Positions 1 to 7,011 of a stretch of 64,000 bases of DNA are shown in pieces. Under the pieces are notes generated by a model. The model did no database searches. It had not been told where the DNA came from and saw only the letters and a list, made by a program, of their open reading frames with translations. The stretch comes from a virus (Duplodnaviria > Caudoviricetes): the IMG/VR virus record IMGVR_UViG_3300021133_000001, positions 1 through 64,000 of that record; one strand, 5' to 3'. The translations under genes were made by a program, and so were the position numbers. How positions within the stretch are numbered: position 1 is the stretch's first letter; each line of letters begins with the position of its first letter.

Positions 1-82
1 TTTTAACCTCTCCAATATAACCTTCTTCTATTTCTTTAACTAAATCTACTTTTTTATTAACTAAATCTATTTTTATTATCAT
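1..82 (-). CDS. Partial small protein, C-free coding strand (MIIKIDLVNKKVDLVKEIEEGYIGEVK...), runs off the window edge
   Basis: Translated by hand; ATG at 82 preceded by AAAGGAG Shine-Dalgarno; no stop before position 1. Confidence 0.7.
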   Translation of the reverse strand, partial: MIIKIDLVNKKVDLVKEIEEGYIGEVK

Positions 83-103
83 AATATTACTCCTTTATTA
101 TTT

Positions 104-271
104 TTAATCTAAATAACTACCTAATAATTCATCTACATCTTCTTTATTATCTAAACTCCATAATTTATCTAACCCATTTAACCCAAAATCTTCTTCATAA
201 TTCTCTAATATTTCTTTACTATAACTACTCTCTACATAATCTCTTACATTAAATACTTCTTTATTTTTCAT
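104..271 (-). CDS. 55-aa acidic protein, C-free coding strand (MKNKEVFNVRDYVESSYSKEILENYEEDFGLNGLDKLWSLDNKEDVDELLGSYLD)
   Basis: Translated by hand; own promoter; paralog at 3235-3384. Confidence 0.85.
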   Translation of the reverse strand: MKNKEVFNVRDYVESSYSKEILENYEEDFGLNGLDKLWSLDNKEDVDELLGSYLD

Positions 272-277
272 AATATT

Positions 278-306
278 AATATACTAACTTTTTATTATTT
301 AATCAA
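278..306 (-). promoter_or_regulatory. sigma70-like promoter TTGATT-N17-TATATT, 6 nt before ATG (leaderless)
   Basis: Read directly; near-identical copy at 475-503. Confidence 0.75.
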
Positions 307-324
307 CACTAAAATTAAATTATT

Positions 325-468
325 TTAACCTTTTAACTCTATAAAAATACCATCTTTATTAACACCTATAATATTAAACTCATAATTAAAATCATAAATC
401 TTAATATTTTTTCTACCTTTTTTCTCAACTTCTTCTAATAATTCTATTAATTCTCTAATTTTTTGCAT
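325..468 (-). CDS. 47-aa protein with a single C in its coding strand (MQKIRELIELLEEVEKKGRKNIKIYDFNYEFNIIGVNKDGIFIELKG)
   Basis: Translated by hand; promoter directly upstream. Confidence 0.75.
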   Translation of the reverse strand: MQKIRELIELLEEVEKKGRKNIKIYDFNYEFNIIGVNKDGIFIELKG

Positions 469-474
469 ATTATT

Positions 475-503
475 AATATATCTACTTTTATTATTTTAAT
501 CAA
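475..503 (-). promoter_or_regulatory. sigma70-like promoter TTGATT-N17-TATATT, 6 nt before ATG
   Basis: Read directly. Confidence 0.75.
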
Positions 504-511
504 CTATATTA

Positions 512-658
512 TTATAAATCTAATATTAAATCTTTTAAATTATAAATAAAATTCTCATAACTACCTTCATCTTCTACACTCATTTCACCTTTCTCCATTT
601 TATCTTTTAACTCAAATAATAACTCTTCTATTAATTTTATTTTATCTTTATTATTCAT
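512..658 (-). CDS. 48-aa acidic helical protein, C-free (MNNKDKIKLIEELLFELKDKMEKGEMSVEDEGSYENFIYNLKDLILDL)
   Basis: Translated by hand; fills the gap between promoter units. Confidence 0.75.
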   Translation of the reverse strand: MNNKDKIKLIEELLFELKDKMEKGEMSVEDEGSYENFIYNLKDLILDL

Positions 659-840
659 TTTATTTTTATATTTTATTATTATATTATTAAATAATAATAT
701 TATTATATTTTTATAATATATTTTTTTTATTAATATTTTTATAAGAGTTTTAATAATATTTTTTATTTAATTTATAATATTAATATATATATTTTATTAT
801 AAAGTACAAGTTAAAAATAATATTATTTTAATCCTTTTTA
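657..840. other. Extremely A/T-rich tract (657-744 contains only A and T)
   Basis: Base composition read directly. Confidence 0.9.
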
Positions 841-844
841 GCTT

Positions 845-1010
845 GCCTATTAATAAGGGAGCCGTTAACCTAAGCGTATAAACACACGAGGACCCGAGCA
901 ACGTAGTGTTGAACACGTACCCGGGTCCTGTGATGATAAAACCGGCGGTTGAAAAATAAAGAAAGACCGCGCGGGAAATTGGTAGCCGATTTATTAAGCG
1001 ATCGGCTAAA
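845..1010. ncRNA. Candidate structured RNA or cis element with several hairpins
   Basis: Inverted repeats AGGACCCG/CGGGTCCT, GTGTT/AACAC, GCGGT/ACCGC, TAGCCGAT/ATCGGCTA in a GC-rich island. Confidence 0.4.
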
Positions 1011-1021
1011 CGCTATACTAG

Positions 1022-1291
1022 TTAGGCTTTAGTATTACGACGGCCTTCACGGCTGACGTAGTTCTTTTGTAGAGCCTCTAATGATCCGTGCTTTGCAATA
1101 ACCTTGTCAATGTAGCTAGCGGATGTGTACTTTACTGACTTACCGGTAACCTTACAAGTAAGGACTAATGGTAATGTATAGCCACGGGTAGCAGCTTTCT
1201 CATCACGCTTTGTAGCGATAGTAGCTGAACGCTTAGCCTTTGCTTCGGCTGTTTGTGTTGCACTGATGTTTGTATTAGTATCTGTATTCAT
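1022..1291 (-). CDS. Small basic hypothetical protein, paralog of 61639-61908
   Basis: Shared RGxxLPLxLxCxVT..KYTSxxYIxKxIAKHGSxE..KNYVSxEG. Confidence 0.85.
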   Translation of the reverse strand: MNTDTNTNISATQTAEAKAKRSATIATKRDEKAATRGYTLPLVLTCKVTGKSVKYTSASYIDKVIAKHGSLEALQKNYVSREGRRNTKA

Positions 1292-1397
1292 TTTATTATT
1301 TTAGTTTTAGTTTTTTTTAGGTTTAAGTTTTATTAACTTATAAGATCTATTATGGATTAAGTTCCGATTTATGCAAGCTTTTTTTCCGATTATTTTA

Positions 1398-1610
1398 TCA
1401 AACACCGGGTGTTTGAATCTTAACGGGGGTTTGAATACCCGTAGGAATCACTTCTGCCTTTAGCTCTGCTTCGTTGATTAACTGCTTCATAAAGGTCTTA
1501 AATGCCTCCGGATTGGTTACCTTGAACCCAGGAGTGTTAACGAAGTTTGGTATTGATACCATCGTGCCCTCTAATAGGCCTGATAGTCTTGCGTAGTTAA
1601 TCATTTTCAT
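1398..1610 (-). CDS. Hypothetical protein
   Basis: ORF with promoter TTGCCT-N17-CATTAT upstream. Confidence 0.7.
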   Translation of the reverse strand: MKMINYARLSGLLEGTMVSIPNFVNTPGFKVTNPEAFKTFMKQLINEAELKAEVIPTGIQTPVKIQTPGV

Positions 1611-1647
1611 ATTAGTATAATGGATTAAGTTCCGTTAAAAGGCAAGC

Positions 1648-1836
1648 TTAAATCTTCTGGATTCTAAACAAGCAACCTAATGAGTTAAACTCCTTTTCAA
1701 GCTTATTCATAAGCTTTGTAGCTTGCTCCTTTGTTAACTCTTTCACTTGCTTAGGAGTAATATCACTTGTAGTGTTTAAGTTAAACGCATTCCAGTTATT
1801 GGAATCATGTGTTTTAATTTGTATTGTATAATTCAT
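1648..1836 (-). CDS. Hypothetical protein
   Basis: ORF with promoter TTGCAC-N17-CATTAT upstream. Confidence 0.7.
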   Translation of the reverse strand: MNYTIQIKTHDSNNWNAFNLNTTSDITPKQVKELTKEQATKLMNKLEKEFNSLGCLFRIQKI

Positions 1837-1875
1837 TGTTTAAATATAATGGTAACTTTATTAACAAAGTGCAAT

Positions 1876-1909
1876 AAAAAAGGGATATACCGTTAAGATA
1901 TATCCCTTT
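1876..1909 (-). terminator. Intrinsic terminator
   Basis: AAAGGGATATA/TATATCCCTTT stem plus U-tract after the 1916 stop. Confidence 0.75.
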
Positions 1910-1915
1910 GAAATG

Positions 1916-2209
1916 TTAATCAACCTGAACAATACTGAAGTTAGCTACGAAATAAGAATCAGCAAAGATTGCATTATTTCTATCACTCTCTCCTAAATCC
2001 AACTCAGTGTAGAAGTACTCATCACTATCTTTATCTAAAGCTTGTTTAATCTCATTTGGACCCCAAAGAGCTAACTTACCACAAGCTTTGATGATATTAG
2101 ATCTACTCCACGAAGGTATTTGTACCTCACATGTATTAGAACCAGCTAATGAAGCGTGTTCCCCTACTAATGAATCATCTCTATACACATATTGAATATG
2201 AATTTTCAT
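1916..2209 (-). CDS. Hypothetical protein
   Basis: ORF; promoter TTGACT-N17-CATAAT near 2256-2284. Confidence 0.75.
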   Translation of the reverse strand: MKIHIQYVYRDDSLVGEHASLAGSNTCEVQIPSWSRSNIIKACGKLALWGPNEIKQALDKDSDEYFYTELDLGESDRNNAIFADSYFVANFSIVQVD

Positions 2210-2530
2210 AGAACATTATAATAATGAAACGTGATTGTTTCTTTATTATCTATACATTATGGGTACTTTATTGAATAAAGTCAATTCAAAAAAATCCCTT
2301 TTTGAAGCTTTTTAGCTTGACTTCAACAGGAACTTAAACTACAATATTATTATAAGGGGGGGTTATGGACATAGCTAGAAGGAGATATATAATCCTTTGA
2401 TCAATCCAACAGTAGTGATATCTCCCTTGAATGATATAGATTTTGAAATATAACCCGATAAAACTGGATATAATGGGAGCAAACTTTAAGCTTGCACTTA
2501 AGTTTAATGTACGCTATACTATATAGTTAA

Positions 2531-2689
2531 ATGAGAGACTCTACTTATATAAACTTTTTGGCAAGGCTAAAAACCCGGTTCACACCCTTTATTGGCAAGG
2601 TTTGGGTATACGCCGAGGTAACAGCGACATTACTCTACACCGTATTGATCGGGTACGTTGTGTACCTAGCCTATAAAGCACCGAGATGA
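2531..2689 (+). CDS. 52-aa single-pass membrane protein (MRDSTYINFLARLKTRFTPFIGKVWVYAEVTATLLYTVLIGYVVYLAYKAPR)
   Basis: Translated by hand; promoter TTGCAC-N17-TATACT at 2492-2520; hydrophobic C-terminal half. Confidence 0.6.
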   Translation: MRDSTYINFLARLKTRFTPFIGKVWVYAEVTATLLYTVLIGYVVYLAYKAPR

Positions 2690-2875
2690 TCTATAAGGTC
2701 TATAGAACCTATATCACTCTAGGTAGACACGGTGCTATTACACGTAGAGAGAGCAGACGCACCCAGTACTCCAGTACACGGCCCTTGCTAATAAACCTGG
2801 TCACGCTGAGTCGACTAGGTCTAATAGGCCGACTGGGGTGTTTGGAATGACGGGGTTACTATAGATAACTAGGGA

Positions 2876-2899
2876 TTTGAATCCCCCCGGGGGTTTGAA
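2876..2899 (+). repeat. TTTGAA-N12-TTTGAA direct-repeat pair; also at 1412-1435 and inverted at 3196-3219
   Basis: Three copies with identical 18-bp period and G/C-run flanks. Confidence 0.7.
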
Positions 2900-2990
2900 T
2901 CTGCACGTACTGGGATTTTTGCGCAAAAAAAATTGCGAAAAAAATTGGATTGGGACTAAGTGTAATACGGATTTATTTACCAGCTACTAC

Positions 2991-3161
2991 TTATTTTATA
3001 TCCGTCTTCTTCTTATCCTCTTTCAGGCGTGCTAGTAGCTCGTCCGTACGTTTATGTTCCTCCTCTAGGTACTTGACGATGTCCTTTACTTGCCATCTTC
3101 TACCGCGAAAGTCGCAGTAATGTTCTTGTGGTAGTTTCTTATAGTCTTCTAAGGTTACCAT
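2991..3161 (-). CDS. Hypothetical protein (start revised to MVTLEDY)
   Basis: TAAGTA late-type motif just upstream of ATG 3161. Confidence 0.65.
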   Translation of the reverse strand: MVTLEDYKKLPQEHYCDFRGRRWQVKDIVKYLEEEHKRTDELLARLKEDKKKTDIK

Positions 3162-3234
3162 ATAGTAGTACTTACTTACACCCGACTGCTGGGTGTTCAA
3201 ATCCCCACGGGGGTTCAAATCCCTGCATGGGGAG

Positions 3235-3384
3235 TTAGTACTTGGCTAATACATCATCTACTTCATCTTGTGTTAAGCTATATAGATATAATGTAGATTC
3301 TATACCGTATTCTTCTACGAACATATCTACTATCTCTTCACCGTAGTTATCTAGTATATATTGTTTACAGTTAAAGGTACTCAT
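3235..3384 (-). CDS. 49-aa acidic protein (MSTFNCKQYILDNYGEEIVDMFVEEYGIESTLYLYSLTQDEVDDVLAKY), normal-composition paralog of 104-271
   Basis: Translated by hand; aligns over its full length with 104-271. Confidence 0.8.
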   Translation of the reverse strand: MSTFNCKQYILDNYGEEIVDMFVEEYGIESTLYLYSLTQDEVDDVLAKY

Positions 3385-3387
3385 ATA

Positions 3388-3660
3388 TTAATCGTTATAC
3401 TGTTCTTGTACCTTCTTTAGATCGTTTAGTAGGTTTGCTTTTTCTTCACCTTCTATTACTCTTTCCAATCTTTGAGAACCCCCTACATATAGTCTATCCT
3501 TCCATACCTCTTTCCAGCTTTCTCCTCCGGCAAATATCCTACCCTCCTCTCCATTAAACTCTACTATCTTTCTTACTGGTATTACTCCATTATCCTCAAA
3601 GTAAAACCCGTCGCATATAAACTTACCCTTTAGTATTAACCAATCGTTTCTGATTTCCAT
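3388..3660 (-). CDS. Hypothetical protein
   Basis: ORF track; purine-rich coding strand. Confidence 0.7.
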   Translation of the reverse strand: MEIRNDWLILKGKFICDGFYFEDNGVIPVRKIVEFNGEEGRIFAGGESWKEVWKDRLYVGGSQRLERVIEGEEKANLLNDLKKVQEQYND

Positions 3661-3759
3661 ATTATATTCCCTTTTCTAGTTTAGTGTTTAGTATTTGTAT
3701 TGAATTTTTATATGTCATACAGTGATTATACTACGTACCTTATCGGTTTAGTGCAAGCT

Positions 3760-3993
3760 TTATTCTACCCCGTCGTTGCCTATCGCTTCTACTGGACAAC
3801 CTTGTAATGCTTCTTCACACTCTTCTACCTCTTTATCGGTAGTAGGTTGTTTATACACAATAGAATATCCACCGTCATCTCTTTTAAAGTTTAACGGTGC
3901 TACCTCTCTACATAAGTCGCAATCAATGCACTGCTGATCTACATAGTACTTGCCTGCAATGTTACCAGGCCATTTATCAGTTAGTATAGCCAT
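3760..3993 (-). CDS. Single-cluster ferredoxin (3Fe-4S/4Fe-4S)
   Basis: YVDxxCIDCDLC...CPVEAIG motif. Confidence 0.92.
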   Translation of the reverse strand: MAILTDKWPGNIAGKYYVDQQCIDCDLCREVAPLNFKRDDGGYSIVYKQPTTDKEVEECEEALQGCPVEAIGNDGVE

Positions 3994-3999
3994 TATATA

Positions 4000-5010
4000 T
4001 TAACCGAACACATCGGTTGGGTCTACATTAGCTTGTTCCATGCCCTTGAATACAGAGTTCCATAACTCCTCTTTTACATCTTCTGGCATTGGTTGGGTAG
4101 GGTTGTATTGTTTCCATTCTGCTTCTAGCTCTAACCAATAAGCTCTTATCACTTCTAAAATACTATCATGACTTCTATCAGTCATATCCAGTTTAGCTCT
4201 TATACCTGCTGCTACTCTATCCTCACTATTATTAGATCTATCATCCCAGGGTTCCATTATCTCTCTTACTTGCTTGGTACCACCTAATGGCTTACCGTTA
4301 CATAGACCATCTGGAGTGACCTCTACTACTGAATAGGCCGAACGTTTTTTCCTTACCATGACTGCTGTCTTTGTTTGCTGGTCTTGTGGTATTTGACCGG
4401 TTTTGATCCAATCGTGTCCGGTCCTTATCCATTGACTAAATTCGTAGCCTATATCAAATAGACGATTGATAGACTGTTTCTGTTCTGGTGGGATAGTTGG
4501 AGGTGGTGCATCTCTTGTACCATAAGGATCAGTGTCCTCATTCTGATGATACTGAGTGTACCTATCTGGGTCTGCACTAACCATATCAAGAGCAAAGGCC
4601 TTAGCTGCTTGTAACAGTTTAGGGTCTGTAGCTACATTACCATTAATGTCCATTACCTGTAACCATTCTGTATCTACTGCACGGTCCCCATTCCATACAA
4701 ACTTGGCCTGCACCTCATAAGGCGTACCATTATATTCAAAGTCGTTGTCGTTCATGAACTCTACATCTCTAGGACTTGTTTCTTTTACCTCTTGATTAGG
4801 TTCTGATTTAGGCTCCGGTATACCAGCTGCCTTATGTGCTGCAGCACTGGTGCGCCAGTCCTGCCTCTTACCCCACTTAGTCAAGGACTTATAAGCCGTT
4901 GTACCATCTGCATGTGTGTAAGGCGTTACCTTGGGGGTACCTGGTTGACGACCTTCTTCTTTTACCTCTTGTTCGTACTTCTCGGCTAAGATCTTATATT
5001 GATTGCGCAT
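4000..5010 (-). CDS. Late multi-domain hypothetical protein, possible internal virion protein
   Basis: TATAAATA upstream of ATG 5010; N-terminal ILAEKY motif. Confidence 0.7.
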   Translation of the reverse strand: MRNQYKILAEKYEQEVKEEGRQPGTPKVTPYTHADGTTAYKSLTKWGKRQDWRTSAAAHKAAGIPEPKSEPNQEVKETSPRDVEFMNDNDFEYNGTPYEVQAKFVWNGDRAVDTEWLQVMDINGNVATDPKLLQAAKAFALDMVSADPDRYTQYHQNEDTDPYGTRDAPPPTIPPEQKQSINRLFDIGYEFSQWIRTGHDWIKTGQIPQDQQTKTAVMVRKKRSAYSVVEVTPDGLCNGKPLGGTKQVREIMEPWDDRSNNSEDRVAAGIRAKLDMTDRSHDSILEVIRAYWLELEAEWKQYNPTQPMPEDVKEELWNSVFKGMEQANVDPTDVFG

Positions 5011-5033
5011 AGATATATTTATAAAAACATCCA

Positions 5034-5070
5034 CCCTAATAGGAACCCTAATACGATACCTAATAGGAAT
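5034..5070. repeat. Three ~12-bp tandem repeats CCTAATA(G/C)GA
   Basis: Read directly. Confidence 0.7.
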
Positions 5071-5104
5071 ATTTTGATTGCTTGGTTAACGAATTTGTTC
5101 TTTG

Positions 5105-5332
5105 TCATGATATCCAATTAAAGGCATCTTCTAATTCTAAATTTTTGACTTCTTTAAATTTGGTTTCTGTGTTCAGGTATTTGATTAAAATCTTTCCATC
5201 TTCTAAGAACTCTACCGAACGGGCAATTGATTTACCGTTCGTTCTTGTGTACTTAATATCATCGGATGTCTTATAGCCTTGAAACTTAAGCATCCATTTT
5301 ATATCTCTTAGTTGTTGTTCCCGGGTATTCAT
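5105..5332 (-). CDS. Hypothetical protein
   Basis: ORF track. Confidence 0.65.
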   Translation of the reverse strand: MNTREQQLRDIKWMLKFQGYKTSDDIKYTRTNGKSIARSVEFLEDGKILIKYLNTETKFKEVKNLELEDAFNWIS

Positions 5333-5424
5333 TAGTATTATTAGTATGTCTAGTACTCTCGCCTGTGCAACTCTTATTTACCTTTATATTATACTTGGAT
5401 ATAATAAAGGTAATACGGATTTAA

Positions 5425-5622
5425 TTAGTGTTTTATATTAGGTATTATCTTGTTCCAAACACGTTCGTGTACATAATACAACGCTATCTTACCTAAGAAC
5501 TCTAGAACGGATATGCCTAGCGATATCTTAAAGCTTTTTGTCATTAGCCAACTTATCAGGAACGTAGATATACTACCGAGCAAACGATAGGTAATGGCTT
5601 TATAAAGAGCTATAAGTTTCAT
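5425..5622 (-). CDS. DUF2061-like small membrane protein
   Basis: KAITYR..GS.ST...E..K..LYYVHERVW pattern. Confidence 0.8.
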   Translation of the reverse strand: MKLIALYKAITYRLLGSISTFLISWLMTKSFKISLGISVLEFLGKIALYYVHERVWNKIIPNIKH

Positions 5623-5711
5623 TTCTTTTTCTTTTTCTTTAATCTCTTACGCGTTAGTACTGCCATATAATACTCTTCATCTACTTGTACTTTTATTTCT
5701 TTTCGTCTCAT
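5619..5711 (-). CDS. 30-aa basic peptide (MRRKEIKVQVDEEYYMAVLTRKRLKKKKKK)
   Basis: Translated by hand; ATGA overlaps with both neighbours. Confidence 0.55.
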   Translation of the reverse strand: MRRKEIKVQVDEEYYMAVLTRKRLKKKKKK

Positions 5712-5896
5712 TTTACGTACTCCATCCAAGCATCCATTCTTTGTCGCCACTCTTTATATTGAGCTACTGCTTCTCTACTTTCATCGGTTATATGTTCGTA
5801 CGAGGCTTCTAAAGCCTCTACAGCTTTAACGACATTACCTTTTGTATAGTTTTCGGCAAAGTATTGGATATATTTAAATGCTTCTAATAATGTCAT
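5708..5896 (-). CDS. Hypothetical protein
   Basis: ORF track. Confidence 0.65.
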   Translation of the reverse strand: MTLLEAFKYIQYFAENYTKGNVVKAVEALEASYEHITDESREAVAQYKEWRQRMDAWMEYVK

Positions 5897-5922
5897 AATA
5901 ATATTATATGATTAATTAAATG

Positions 5923-6234
5923 TTATGCTACTAATTGTGCATATTTTTTTCTAGCTTGTTCGTGAGTCTCGCCGGATAGTCTAACGTAAGTGCCGTGATT
6001 CTCATTACCACCTTCTTTATCTATATCAATGGTAATGTGGTAAGGGCAATAACCCTGACATTCACTATTTGTTAATAGGTCCCAGGTATGATCTGAAAAG
6101 TAATCATAACTAAAGTGCCAAGGCAGTTTTACGTTGTTCTCTTTACACTTTAGGTAACATTCATAATGGTCATCCATTAAGTAGTAACCGCGTAGTTGTG
6201 TATAGATAAGGGAAGAAAGGGTAGTTTTATTCAT
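5923..6234 (-). CDS. Hypothetical protein
   Basis: ORF; promoter TTGACT-N17-TACTAT suggests start at 6234. Confidence 0.65.
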   Translation of the reverse strand: MNKTTLSSLIYTQLRGYYLMDDHYECYLKCKENNVKLPWHFSYDYFSDHTWDLLTNSECQGYCPYHITIDIDKEGGNENHGTYVRLSGETHEQARKKYAQLVA

Positions 6235-6275
6235 AGAGTACAATAGTAGTACCTCTATGTTATTAAGTCAAGCTT

Positions 6276-6695
6276 TTATTCGTGACAGTTCCACTTACGT
6301 AATGCTAGAGCCTTACGAGTTGGTTTACCGTTTGGCTTCTTCATTGGACCCTTTACACCAGACATTCTAGCACAGAAACTCTTGCGACGTTTAGCTGCTT
6401 TACTACCAGCTTTTAATTTGCTCGGTTTAGTAGTAACAGCCATTGATAAATGAGAGCCTGGATGCTGTCTACGATAGCTATTGATACCTTTCTGGTTTAA
6501 ACCACCAGAAGGTGACTTACCGGCTTTCTTCTGCCAGGTAGGTGCATGCCCCTCTTTTGGTACACAATTAGGAACAGTCTTACCGTTCTTCTTTTTAGTA
6601 CCCACTGGATGATAGCCTGTCCAGCAAGGATTGTCTTTAGGATCTTTTAGTCCTTCTAGTATTAAATTGACAGCAGCATCAAACTTATTAAACAT
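6276..6695 (-). CDS. Basic phage protein, DUF6321-like
   Basis: CWxGY...VPNCVP and GGLNxKG...RRKSFCARMxG...RKWNC motifs; TAAGTA upstream. Confidence 0.75.
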   Translation of the reverse strand: MFNKFDAAVNLILEGLKDPKDNPCWTGYHPVGTKKKNGKTVPNCVPKEGHAPTWQKKAGKSPSGGLNQKGINSYRRQHPGSHLSMAVTTKPSKLKAGSKAAKRRKSFCARMSGVKGPMKKPNGKPTRKALALRKWNCHE

Positions 6696-6699
6696 ACTA

Positions 6700-7011
6700 T
6701 TACTTATAAATCTGATACATCTCTTTCATCTCTCTTATCCACTTATTGGATTGTAGAAGTGCCTGACTCTCACTCTTACATAACTTGCCATACTTCTTAA
6801 AGAACTCTCTAGTAGTCTTATATGTATAGCACTTACCATTGCCTTGCCATAATAGTAATGTACCTTTATAATCTTCTTCATCTGCTTCAAGATATAGTGG
6901 TTCGTACTCTTTAATAGCAGATATACGACCCTCCATTAGATCGTCATCATTAAGCCAGGTCCTTACATCTACAAAACCTTCATCTATTAAATACTGCAAA
7001 TAGTCTTTCAT
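6700..7011 (-). CDS. Hypothetical protein
   Basis: ORF track. Confidence 0.7.
   Translation of the reverse strand: MKDYLQYLIDEGFVDVRTWLNDDDLMEGRISAIKEYEPLYLEADEEDYKGTLLLWQGNGKCYTYKTTREFFKKYGKLCKSESQALLQSNKWIREMKEMYQIYK

Noticed and set aside
1-744. Low-complexity junk or simple in vitro C-to-T conversion
   Set aside because: Intact tiled ORFs, promoters, a paralog and a retained nonsense-protecting C argue against it; it cannot be fully excluded without reads
3170-3235. tRNA gene suggested by GGTTCAAATCCC
   Set aside because: No D-arm, acceptor stem or CCA could be built; kept only as a repeat/hairpin
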